Below, one piece after another: positions 23,470 to 36,221 of a stretch of DNA of 64,000 bases (position 1 is the first letter of the stretch; every line of letters begins with the position of its first letter). The notes under the pieces were generated by a model. It was not told the origin of the DNA. It saw only the letters and a program-made list of their open reading frames with translations, and ran no database searches. The translations under genes were made by a program, and so were the position numbers. The stretch lies in the NCBI RefSeq assembly GCF_009914755.1, contig NC_060925.1; one strand, 5' to 3'. This DNA comes from the human T2T-CHM13v2.0 reference genome, Homo sapiens.

Positions 23470-26400
23470 GTGAGTATCGGGCTGAGGGGCGCTGTCCGCG
23501 GCGCCCGGGGCTGCCACCTGGGGCGACCCTTCTCCCCCTCAGTCCTTCTCTGTGTGGGAAGGCCAGGCTCGGCCGCCGGCGCGGAGTGAGGCCACTCGCT
23601 GGGTTCCCAAGAGTTTGGACATCGCCGGGGGCCCCTCCCGTGGTGCCCCGCCAACCGCTGGGGTTCCCCGCCGCCTCTGCTCCCCGCGGCCCGGGACCCC
23701 TCACACGCCTCCTCGGCAGGAGGGAGGCCGGCAGCAAGTCTCAGAAACTCCTTTTTCGTAGTGCCAGGGTGCAGGGAGGTGGGCAGTTTTGCCCTTCAGG
23801 TTCCGCGTTTCTTGGGGTCGAGCGAGAGCCGACGGCGGGCCTCGGAGGGGCTGAGCGAAGGAATGCCAGATTCTGGCGTGGAGAGCGGGGGCAGGGCCGC
23901 CAAGCCAAACGGCCTGCAGCTTCGCAGCCAGCCTCGCCTTTGCCAGGGGGCGGCACATGGGCCGGGTGTGTGGGCTTGGTTTGGATGGGGACGGGGTTTT
24001 GCGGCGCGCCTGAGTTTTGACACTCCAACCCCACCGAAAGTCCGGGGGAGCCGTGTGTGCTGCTCGCGTCTTTGAAAGGTGGAGGCAGGAGAAGTAGGGC
24101 AACTGGTGTGGCTGCATGCTGAGGCACATGATTTAAAAATCTCAACTGCTGTTATTCTTTCCGAGGCGCGGAGCTCTGCTGCTGTTTCAGGCTGTGTCCA
24201 GACCCAGGAATGTGGTGTGACGATCACCAATTCCTCCAACCTGGCAGCAGCATTTGCTGCTCCTTTGGCATGGCTGGGGGTGGGGCACGGGCGGGTGAGA
24301 AAAAGTGGATACGTTAATTCAAAGGGCTTCCTTAGAAAGCTTCTTTATGGTTGGATGTTTCTAACACGGTTGGACCAAGGAAAGGGAATCAAATCATATC
24401 TTCCCCATCCCACCCACACTTTTAGATTCTACATTTCTTCAGACCCTTTAGTGGAAATAACTTGGGCTTTGGAGCCCTGCTCTGTAATCCTGTATTCAAA
24501 TCCAGCTCTGCTATATGAACTCACCAATAAAATGGGAAAGAAATTATCCAGCTAATAGGATTAATTAAAATAATGTATATTAAACGGATGACACTCCAAA
24601 GGTGTTCAGAAAGTCCTTTCAGGGCCGAGGCTGTGTTTTACTGCTTCTGAGATTGATGCTCCCAGTGGGATGCTGTCTTGTGCATATTTGTTGAACGGAA
24701 AGCAGCCCCTTCTTTTTCTGAGCCTAATCTGAATAAAGATTTTTACCTTCACCAAAAAACTAGTACATGAACTACATCTGTTTTCAAAGAAAAGGTTAGG
24801 AAGATGATGAGCTTCAGAAAAATATGGTCTTTGTTCATTGTTAACAGTCAGTCGACATGTCAATCGCAGATGTTTAAAAAGAGAACAAGGTTATTTATCA
24901 CCCGAAAATAGTACTGGGTTGTTCAGCACCAACTAGATACTTCTTGGAAAGTTCAAATTTCGTACACGTCTAGGTCACTAAGAATTTCAGAAGTGGACCA
25001 GGAGGCTTTGTAGTGATGAAGCAGAGCTGTTGTTTCTGAAGCATTTAATAAAGAGCATATATGATGGTGTTTTTGCTTTTCCTTTTTCTTTGAGTGAAAG
25101 CTTTAAGTGTAGCTTTAGGATAGAGAGGAGTATAATCAATGAGACAGTCTGAGGGTAATAATCCTTGGTCTATCATTAACTTGTTTTGGTAAATAACTTA
25201 ATCTTCTTGATATGTAGTCTCCTCACCTATGAAGCAGGACTAAAGGAATAACCTGCTTTAGAGAATTGTAGGGAATAATAAATATGATTGTAAAGTGATT
25301 TGAAAAATTAAGTATTAAATAATATGTCAGAAATGGGATTACTCTGACACATAGGGCTTCTTTTATTATAGGATCTCAGTGCATAAAACTATGCCCTCCA
25401 CCTCTGCTCTGCTGAGGTGCTGCGATTATTAGCTAGCTTTTAGGTAGTCAAGTTGAGTGTTAGTCAAGTTGACTCAAAGGATAGGATTTAGATATTTTGA
25501 TTTTTAGACAGGTGTTCTTTAGATGTTAAACTAATGCAGTAGAAGAGATTTAGAAGCCGTTTCTTGGTACAAATCTTAAATCTTCTTAGAGTCTACAGTG
25601 AAGGCTTCTTGAATCCTCCTAATTTATTATTGTGTTTTGCTAAGGTACCAATTACAGCACACCCTTCTAAACTTTTGAGTGTTCCTGTGTTTGGCTTGTG
25701 GCCAATTGTTAATTTAAACATCACGGAGTTTCTAAGGCAAGGAGATGTTAGCAGTATGTCTGATTGTCTAAACAGCTATCCAGGACCATCCTCTTGCTCC
25801 TTGTTTTCTTTTGCTTTGCAATGGGAAGTGACTCCCTGATTTTGCTGCCTGCTAGATAATTTCTCAGCTGAATTCTTCTCTTGCTTAAACAAAATCGGAG
25901 TAATTTTCTTTCAGATGGTGATGAAATTTAACCTAAAACTATTTTTCCTTTCACTTTCTTATTATTCCTTTTTTTTTGGTGTGGTGGAGAGGAGGAGAAG
26001 AGTGATTCCTAGTCTCTCTTATTTTTCTGAATGTTTAGATTTAAAAAATATTTACCCATAACTTCTTGGGATCTCTCTGCTCCATTCCCACCCTACTGCC
26101 TCTCCTGTAGGCTTCTATGACATAGAGGAGCAACTTTTGGTTCACCTGGATTGTAGTTGCTGACTTCAAGACCTTTAGAGAATGTTTAAATTCAGTGGGA
26201 TATGCTTGGATGGTTCAGAGCAGCCTTACAATACATCTTAAAAATATCACACCCACAGAAATTCTATTTTGCCCACAAAATTTGCATTGATCTAGTTCCC
26301 ACTCTGTGTTGCCATTCCTAGTGATCCTCCTCCCTACCTCTCCCATTATGGTAGAAAAAAACTCTGTGTCCTGGCTACATCAAAATCTGTTGGGGTGGAT

Positions 26401-28917
26401 CTTGGACTCAGCACCCAGGGATTCTGATAAGGTAAGTTTGAGAATCCATATTTTTTCAAGGTTTACAGGTGATTCTGACAAGTAACTTGGTTGCAACCCA
26501 CTGATTAAGTACATTTTTTTTTACCTTCAGGTGTGTGTATGAGGTCTTTCTAAATTTAAGAAATTTCCATAACAAATGTAACCTTAGTCATTCCAGTGTT
26601 TAACGCTTCTGACTCAAGAATTTTAAAATTGCTAACATAAGAGATATAGAATATAATGTCATTTCTTCTGTTTATCTGGGTGCAGTATGTCTGCATTGAC
26701 CCTTTAGAAGGGCTTCATATATTTAGATGATATAATAAATTCTCCACCTCTCCTTTTCCCTTTTCTTCTGTTATCTCTTTTTCCTTAAATGTCATTCATA
26801 CATGTTGTTTTTTGACCCTTTATCTATATACGTCTGCAATGATTTTAGAGTAAAAAACTGCAAGGCGTGATTTGAATAAGGATATAAGAAATTTTACATC
26901 ATTTTCTTTATATTGTGTTCACAGTCCATAGTTACATGCTTCCTTTCTTGATGTCTCAGTTCGAATGCCTAAATTTGAACTATTAATTTTCCTTCCACGC
27001 TTTCCTGATTTTCCTGTTTTTGTTTCCCCCCCTTTCTCTGCAAATGACTTGAAACCAAAAGGTCTTCTTTTCTTTCTTTGTCAGCCTACCATATGTGTAG
27101 TATTTTGGACAGATCACTGAACTAGGAGCCAGAAGACCAGAATTCTTCTCCAGGTCTGTTATTAATTGGTTTGGTGACCTTGTAGGAGAGCCACTGTTTC
27201 GGTCCTCCATTTTCTGATGTTCATTGTTCATGGTCACAGAGCCAATTAGAGTTGAGACTAGAATTCCTTTCTTCTGGTGTCCAGTGCCTCATTCACTGTC
27301 CACGTTGCTTCCATCTCGTGTACAAATGCGCTTATGTGCACAAAAACTCTTATAACATCCTCAAGTGCTTATTGTTAATGCGTACATGAGGAAGGAATCG
27401 TGTATTTTCATTTATGTGTTTATTCTAATGCCCATACCCTACCCCTGTACCTGGCATGATGCCTTGGTATCTAATAGGCACACAATAAATACTTGTTCAG
27501 TCGAACAATTATTTTTAGCCACTTTCTTATTTTGGACAACTGTGGTACTCCTAGACATTTTAAAAATAGTATTTGCAGGAGTCATGCTTACCTTACATTT
27601 GGGGAAAAACCAAATTTTTCCCTTCCCCAGATGTTTCATTTAAACTTGTAATTTTGAATTTCTTTGTGTGTGGGGTTTCTTTCTTTCTTTTTCTGATCAC
27701 TTCTGCAATTTATAAATCACTTTGACTTTGGAATCTCACTTCAAAGGCACTGCCATCCACCCCCTGCCTCTCACTCAAGTTTGCTTCCACTGCTTCCTGT
27801 ATTACTGTATTACTAGGCCAGCAATTTCTGTTATTTTGTCCAGAATAGCCACACCTTACTGTAATTTCATCATTTTGGGGACTAGTCATTTTTGGAATAC
27901 TATTTTTAAAATTAGAGTTAACTAAGTTTATATTTATTTTGATAATTTTTTTGAGATTTTTTTCATTGAGTTGGATATTGCAAACTTGTACTGGATTGAG
28001 AGAATATGTACATTTAGTAAAGTATATTTGCTTTTTTTTTTTTTGAACCAAGAGAGTCCCCTGAACACCCTACTGACAAAAACTAAAGGTGAAATATGAT
28101 GAATAAATACTTGAGAGAATCACATGGTGTTGAGTTGTCTCTGCCACATGATTTTGATCCTTGAGGGCCAGGTCTGTGCTACACACATTTCTTCTCTGTA
28201 CTACAGAACTTGTCTGGCATGTGCCCCAAATTCAGAGTCAACTGAGTGGCAGGTCTTAGTCACAGCATCTATGACTCCTGCTTTCCCACCTTTAGAACAT
28301 TCTATAGGAGAGGCTGATGGTGAGTTGGAGTGTGTTTCTATGTTCTTTTTTCCTTTGAAGAGATAGGATCAGTTGAAAGCTGACCCCACCCACAGACTTT
28401 TTTTGCTATCTCTCTTAATTAATTAAGGAGTGGCTGAAATTTTCCTCTTTGTTGACTTATGCATTGGCGGGAACTTTAAAATTCATCTAGTCTTTCTGTC
28501 CATCCCATGCTGGATCTGATGTTTACAACATTCTAGTCAAGAGGTACCATATTTTCTCTCTTCTTGAACATCTCTTGTGGTAGACAGCTCTCCACAGCAG
28601 TTTATTCCATCTTTGGCCAGCTCTAATTCTTAGAAAGATCTTCTTATATTCAGCTGTAATCCGTCTCCTCATGACTTGTCCTCATTGACATCTACTCAGA
28701 AATTTGTCTCAGAGTCCTGAGACCTGTGCAGGTGATAGGGACCCAAAGAGATGCTTGTCTGTAGACTTTACTGAGCTGACACCCAGCTCTCCATAAAAGG
28801 AGTCAAACCCAGTGAGGAGCATGTCTGGGGTGATTGCTCAGGTAAAGCATCTTAGCCCTACTTGTTTCATACCTCCCTGCACAGGTGGGCACTGGTGGGA
28901 GAATAACATTTATCAAG

Positions 28918-29068
28918 CAGTGTTTCCCTAACTTCTCTTATGATAAGAATAGCTCAGGTGTTCTCATGGAGATTCTGATTCAGTGCATCTGGAGTGTCAT
29001 CTGGGAATTTGTGTGTTCAAGAAATAGCCAGGTGATTCTTACATTAGGAAAGTTTTAGAATCACTGCA
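28918..29068. mobile_element. MER5-family MITE remnant
   Basis: cagtgtttccctaact...gattctgattcagtgcatctgg...ggtgattctt...ttttagaatcactg. Confidence 0.7.
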
Positions 29069-32000
29069 GAGTGAATCTGGGAAATCAAAGTGTTTGTTTT
29101 TGTTTGTTTGTTTTTTGAGAGTATTAGAGACAGGTTGCTTTGGCTAGATCCTGTGGTCATTTTTCCCCCTTGGAAATGCCTCCTACTTGCTGGCCTCACT
29201 TAGTACAGAGAAGAAAGCTGCTATGGTATAAGGTTAGTAAAGTTGTTTGTTTTGTCTTAAAAGAAATTTGTGAAATCCAGCATTTTCGGACTTCTGTTTG
29301 TGTTGTATGACTTTGTTGTAAGCCTCCTTATTCCTCCATTAGAATGTTACCTGAGATGTTAGAATGCATAGGAGTTCCACAGCCTTTTTGGTGTCCACTA
29401 AAGAATTCTGTCCTCAGCCGTTGCAAATGGTGCTTCCTTTGAGGATTTCTGCTTCATTAGCTCATGAACACATATTTGGTGTCGGCAGTTTCCCTCAGAT
29501 GTGTTAGTGTGGAGAGATATAAAGGTCACTCATTTCTGGTGGTCCTGCTTTTGGGGTTTCTGGGCTGCTGCAGCAAATGAAATAAGGAAAGGAAAATAAA
29601 GGAGGAATCTAGGGCTTCTTGAGCAGAACAAAACAATCTACAAGAAGGGGCACAGGATTGCTCCTCTCACAAAGACACTTGATAATACTGTCCTTGATAG
29701 GAAGAAGGAAGTGGCTTCAGATCTGAAAGGATATGCTCATAGGCTTGAGACGGGACAAACTGCATCACTGGTAGTGGTAGGAGGTTTGCCGTAGATCTGT
29801 TTTTTCTCCTGTCTCACTTTTTGGAGGAGAATATTATCTGTGTGGCAGAACATACATTGTGGTCTTAAAAAGGAGAGTAAAGCCAAGAAAGGGGGATGAT
29901 AAAGCCATAGCTTGGAATAAGAAAAGCAAAGGAATTATTTTATTAATTTGTGTATGTAAATACATAGGTTTCCATGTAATTCACTGGTAGGATCACTAGC
30001 CCTTGGCACTAACATTTGCTATCTTTGTAGCTCTGCTGTCTTAGTGGTGTATTGGGGGAGCATTGTGGTGTGTTGTCACACTTAATTTGTGTGCTTCCCT
30101 TGGCATCATGTGGTAGCAAGTACAGGGTATTCTCCTCTTCTAGATGTGTGGGAATCATTGACCAAGTAGAAAATATGGTCCTGCTCCCAAGGAGCTGACA
30201 TCATCATGGAGACAAGACAGATAAGCACACAATTAGGAATATGAAATACAGTTATTTTATCATTTATCTATGCTCTCTGAAAGCAGTTTCCTGCAGTCAG
30301 GGTGACTCGGAGCTATAGGGTCTTGGGAGTAAACTTCAGGTCTTAATACCACCAGGGAAAGGCGACCTCCAGCTCACCCTTGCTGGGCTTGTCTGCTGTC
30401 GTGAGCTGTCTGCCATTTTCCTCTTTCTGTGTTGTAATTTAGAAGTATTAGAACTTGGCTTGGGGAAAAGACAAAAACCCCTTTGTCTGGTGAGGGTGTA
30501 AATATAAATTTGGCACATGTTGTGGTGTCTATTATGTCTGTTAGTGGGTTTGCGGCAAGAGAGAGTGCTGTGTTCTTAGTCCCGAATGCCAAGCCTGAAC
30601 TAGGACAAGTTATGGTGGAGATATCTTCCTTGGAAGATGCAGTTCTCAGTGGCAGTGGCTGAAGGAACTTCTCGTCACAGCCAGGCAGTGACTGAAGTGT
30701 GGTGTGGACACACCCAGAGTTGCTGCCTCAGGTGGCATTGATTAATCATACTAATATCTCCCTCACCCTTTTGTACTTGTCTTGGCAAAACCCTGTTCTA
30801 CTAGCTCCCCAATAGTTTGGCCTTTACTAGGTATGATTGAACAAGCTCTTGGGGGTTCACCTTAGTGTCCCTTGCCCCTCTCGCATTTCCAGCCAGCTAC
30901 GTCGCTCCAGCCATGGTACCCCGGGTCCTCTGGCCAGGCAGTGAGGGGCTGGGTTTTTCTTCCCATTGGACTGAAGCACCTTTCCCTGGAGGCTTGCCTA
31001 GGGCAGTTTCTGGTCTCCGAGTCAGTTCCTTCTGCAGGATACTGGCAGCTGGCAGAACTCTGGGTTATTTGAATACATCAGCCAAACATCTTGCCAAGAT
31101 GGACTCATTGTTGCATAAAGACAGGTTGGATCTATGGGTGTTGCAGAACCTGTTTCTGGGTTAAGAGTAGCTCTCTCACCCTTATTATATATGTTTATTC
31201 ATATGATGAAAGTATGTGTGTATTTTGTGAAGTAAGGAAAACATGATGATAATATTGTGGTTGGAGTTAGATACCTTATCCTAAATATGTTGTCTTTTTA
31301 ACAAATAGCATTCCTTTAAAATACAGTTGTGCTTGATGAATAAGGTGTTGTACAAGAAGCTGTGGTTACATTCTAAAATAAACTGCCTTGTTCTGAGGCA
31401 GGCACGTTTTAAAATTGTTGTTTGCTTCTTTTTCATCTCTTTTTATTTTCATCTTTTTTTTTGTGAGAAGATTCTGTAAGTTTTTAAGCTTCAAATATTT
31501 TCAATAATCTATTTTAACGGGTACCTAGCAGGGAGAGGTTGTTCTATTGGTATACCTAACCAACATTCAAATAAGAATAATTGAATACTGTTTATTCACT
31601 AATCTGTTCTGTTGAGTTTCTAAGTATGAATAATCACAAAACTAGATAGTGCTGATATATCAACTTCTCTAAATGGTAAATGTGGTAAGTAGCAAAGACA
31701 TTTTTGTTTAATTCTCTCCTTACACATGCTTTGGTTCAGACGCTGTCAAGACACATTGAAGTTTGAGGACATGTGTATTTCGATTATTTTATTATATTTT
31801 TATTTGCTGTGAATATGGGTTTATTTATTTGCTAGATCTTCTTTAGTTAGAAACATTAAGGGCATTTACTTTATTACAACATTTAAAGTGCATTCTAATC
31901 TTCATGAGGAATTTTAGGTAAAAGACCGTATCCTGAGATTCATGCAAGTCTTTGGCATTATGTTACTATTTAAAGTAAGTAATATGTAGTGGCTTCTCTG

Positions 32001-34284
32001 ACATATTCTTTCTAAGAGAGTTAAGGAAAATAGTTGTAACTAAAAACAAACATTGAAACAGTTTAAGGTAAGTTTACGTAGCAACAGAATTATTCGTTAT
32101 GTTTACAGATAATTAACTCGTATTTATACTTTGCTGATTTTCTCTGGCACCTTTACAAGATTTTTTTATTTTTGTAAAATAAAAAGTAATTATGTTTGAA
32201 AAAGTAGTTAAGGATGTTTGAAGAATCTAGAAAAGCATAAATAAAATGTCCACAATCATGCTGGCATTAATTTTTTGGTATACGTCTTTGGTTTTTTTAC
32301 CCTTAGATTTAGAAAAGCTGTTGATTTATTTTTATATATATATATATATATGTTTAGTTTATGAACAGATCTACATATATATATATATGCACACACACAT
32401 AATATACTATTGTCAACACTAGGTTTTATTTTTAAAAATCTTTACCATTTGATAAGTGGTAAATATTACTTAATCTTAATATGCCTCTCTCATTACAGTG
32501 ATATTGAATGTTTTTTCATATCATCAGTGGCGTTTGTATTGCCTTTTTTTCTACTTCTTTTGGTAAATTGTGTCTTTTACTCATTTAATTATTTTCTTAC
32601 TGGTTTGAAAAAGCTCTTTAAATATTAAGGGTGTTAGTCTTTTGTCTTAAATATGTCACAATATGTATGGAAATAATTAGCAGTATATAACATAACATCA
32701 AATTGCTACCAATGCTGATATAAAAATTGTTCATTTCATAGGTTAATTTTTTTAATCCTTTGGTTTCTAATGATATTGGTTAATTCATTTGTTAACTGCT
32801 ATTTTCTGTAGCTACTTGAAAGTTCTTATCTGACTGTATCGTAAATCAGCATGCTTTCAGCTGTATATGTCTAGGAAATTGACATTTACTTTAATACTTA
32901 ATAAAAAAATATGTTGGAGAAAAGCAGTGTATTCTGGAGTCAAATACATGATTTTGGGTGGGTGACGTAATCGGCTACTGTCCTCCTTTTCTAGATAGCC
33001 AAGATTTTTGAAGCATTTAACATCCCTGAAAGGCAGGACTAATGCTATGTCTACCATGCACTGCTAATTCTGACACTTTGACCTAATGGATAAATGCCAG
33101 TACAGTGGGTCTAGCCAGTTAGCTTGGTCAGAGAACAAGATGACTAAGATTCTCTCCCCCTTTCCTCACCAAATTGATTAGTTGTAGGACAGAACTGACT
33201 GAAGCAACCTGTTGTTTTGGCAACCCATGGACACCACCTGTTTCTTCCATTCCTCTGTCCAGCCTCTCACTGCCCTAGTGCAGTGCTGTGTGCACAGTGG
33301 GTAGGAGATCAATGTTGTTGCTAAAGAATGTAGCAATAAAGAAGAGTAGATTGCTTTTTTTCCAAGCTTTTGTGTTTTTAAGGCACCCCGCTGGTTTTGA
33401 CATTCGTTGCTCCAGCTGAACTGCTCTATGCTGAAGCCCTGCAGGTCTCAAGTGTTTGGTTCAGAGTAATTTCAGGCCATATGAATGCTTTCTTAAGTAT
33501 CATTGGAATTTACTGGGCTGGCTGTCTGCCAGCTATTACCATATTTAGCATGAAGAGACCTGGGGAATGAGGACATTTCTGATCAACCAAGGAAGGAAAC
33601 CTATTTGAAGGATTACAATATTTTCTTTTTTTTTTTTTTAATGGTGTAGTTCAGAAAACGCCAGTTAGACCGAGACTCAAATTTATGTCCACTGGTCTTT
33701 GTTTCTGTGCCCCATCCCAAAATTAATTTATGAATAGGAAAAGAGATTTGATAGTGAAGTTCTTTCTCACTCTGAAGTCTAATACTGTTTCTGGGAGGAA
33801 GTAAGAGAATTATTATGCCCACACTGTGCACTGAGAGGCTTAACCAGCAGGTGAAGCTGTTGATTAAAAACATAGGTTGATGAGTATTCTCATTTTTCTC
33901 CTTTGAAGCTTTCAGAAATTTTCTGCTTTGTCCTGGTCTAAATTTATTTTGGCCCAGCCCTTGTCTCCACCCTACATTTCAAACCAGTAGCCTTCCCTCT
34001 ATGGCTCAACATTTCTCTGCCTCAGTTTTTTCCATTTTAAAGATGAAGATATTGTTTGGAAGGACCAGTAAATACAATTAATATAAAAATTACTTCTGTA
34101 GAATCAAACAACCTCCAACATTTCTGTTGGAAATTTATAGTTTATAGAGTATTCTTACACAGTGATCTCCTTTAATCCTCACAAACTTGGTGGAAATGGA
34201 GCCTCACAGGGGTTAGGTGACTTGTATACATTGTTTACCCCTACATAATAAGTGACAGAGCTGGTACTTAAACTTGTGGCTTGA

Positions 34285-34583
<299 letters not shown>

Positions 34584-35851
34584 CTTGCAGCTTGATTTTT
34601 TAAACATCAGATTTTTTTTTCTTTTTTGATTTTTATTATTATGTGTCTGTCATTCTGCTAGGGGCTTTGCAAATATTGCTTTATTTAATTCATATGGCTA
34701 TCCTTTGGAGTAGACAATATTTTTCTACATTATAGGTAAGGAATTTGGAACTTAGGTTCACAGCTTTGGATGTTGGCCTATGGTTAGTGAGGGGTGTAGC
34801 CAGGATTCAAACCCCTGTCTGGCTCTAGGGCCGCTGCAATAAATCATGGTGTTTTATGTACATTCATACACTTAACACTTTGCAACAACCCTAAGAGACA
34901 GGGGTAGGTATTTAGGGAAACTGGGGCTTCTAACTTGCACAGGATAATGCAGTTAGTAAGTGGCTTAGTCGAGATTCAGAGCTAGATCTGTCTCCATAAC
35001 CCTCACTCATTCCAGGATACTGCAGATGCCTATTTTTATGATATGTATAAGTAAAAATTAATTTGAAAAACTACCTTCTTTGAAGGGTCAGCCAGTTAGA
35101 ACTCTTTTGTATCTTCTGAATAAGTAAGAAGTGGATGGACATTAGCTGACCGATACATTGATGGCTTTTAACCTTCTATCAGTTGATTTCCATTACCAGG
35201 ACAAGCAAATATAATTTGGAGGGAAAAGAGGGGAGTTTCCATTAAGGATGAATCTTTAAGCCGAAAAGGGCCACAGTGATGAACTCTTCAGAGGACTGCT
35301 CTCAGGAGCAATGGCCCTTCTCCTCTGGGCTCTGCTTGGGGCATTCCTGTTTGTATTTATGGAGACATCTTTTTGAAAGGCAGATGCCAGCTTTGGTGGG
35401 GAGAAGGTTGGAAAACATACAAGCCTTGCTCTAAATTTACTAGCCCTGTGTCTTTGGGCTAGTTTCTGAAGCATGGTGTGCCTCAATTTTATTATTTTAA
35501 AAATAAAGATAGTAGCAGTATATTTTGGAGTTGTTATGAAGATAATATCAGTTAATAAATGTTAGATTCATTGGACAGTACCAGGCACATAGTTAAAGTG
35601 CAGTAAATAGTAGTTATTGTTGGTATTGGTGTTATTTTATGTTGCAGTACAGACTGGCTTCTTGGTGCATTCACTTTTCTTTAATCAAAAGTGGATGAGT
35701 GATTGGGAACCTTCATGAGGAAATAGGAACATCATCTTTGCAGCCTGTGGATTGTTCACTGGTTTCCTGTGATCTAATAATTATTTAAGGGTTTCATATT
35801 TGAGTCTCTTCCCTTAATGAGGTACACTTTCAGTTTGGGGAGATTTTATCT

Positions 35852-36221
35852 ATAGGCATACCTTATTTTATTGTGTGTTCCCTTTTATTGTGCTTCACAG
35901 ATTTTGTTTTATTTTTTACAAATTGAAAGTTTGTGGCAACCCTATGTCGAGCAAATGTATCAGCACCATTTTTTCCAATAGCATATACTCACTATATGTC
36001 CCTGTGTCAGTATTTTTTAGCAATAAAGTATTTTTAAACTCAGGTATATGCATTATGCTTTAGACATAATGCTGTTGCATGCTTAATGGACTAGAGTATA
36101 CTGTAAACATAACTTTTGTATGCACTGGGGAACCAAAAAATTTCTGACTTGCTTCATTGTACTGTTTGCTTTATTGAGGTGATCTGGAGCTGAAGCCACA
36201 ATATCACAAAGGTATGCTTGT
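35852..36221 (+). mobile_element. Internally deleted Tigger1 DNA transposon
   Basis: TIRs taggcatacct ... aggtatgcttg flanked by TA; Tigger1 5' motif acaaattgaaagtttgtggcaaccct. Confidence 0.82.

Larger units (their letters stand above)
22780..24180. promoter_or_regulatory. CpG-island TATA-less promoter of NOTCH2 paralog
   Basis: High CpG density; GC box GGGGCGGGGC at 23083-23092; E2F-like GCGGGAAA at 23031-23038. Confidence 0.9.

Noticed and set aside
23470-24020. C-terminal part of the 416-aa ORF
   Set aside because: Read-through into GC-rich intron 1 past a consensus donor; only 23397-23469 is coding.
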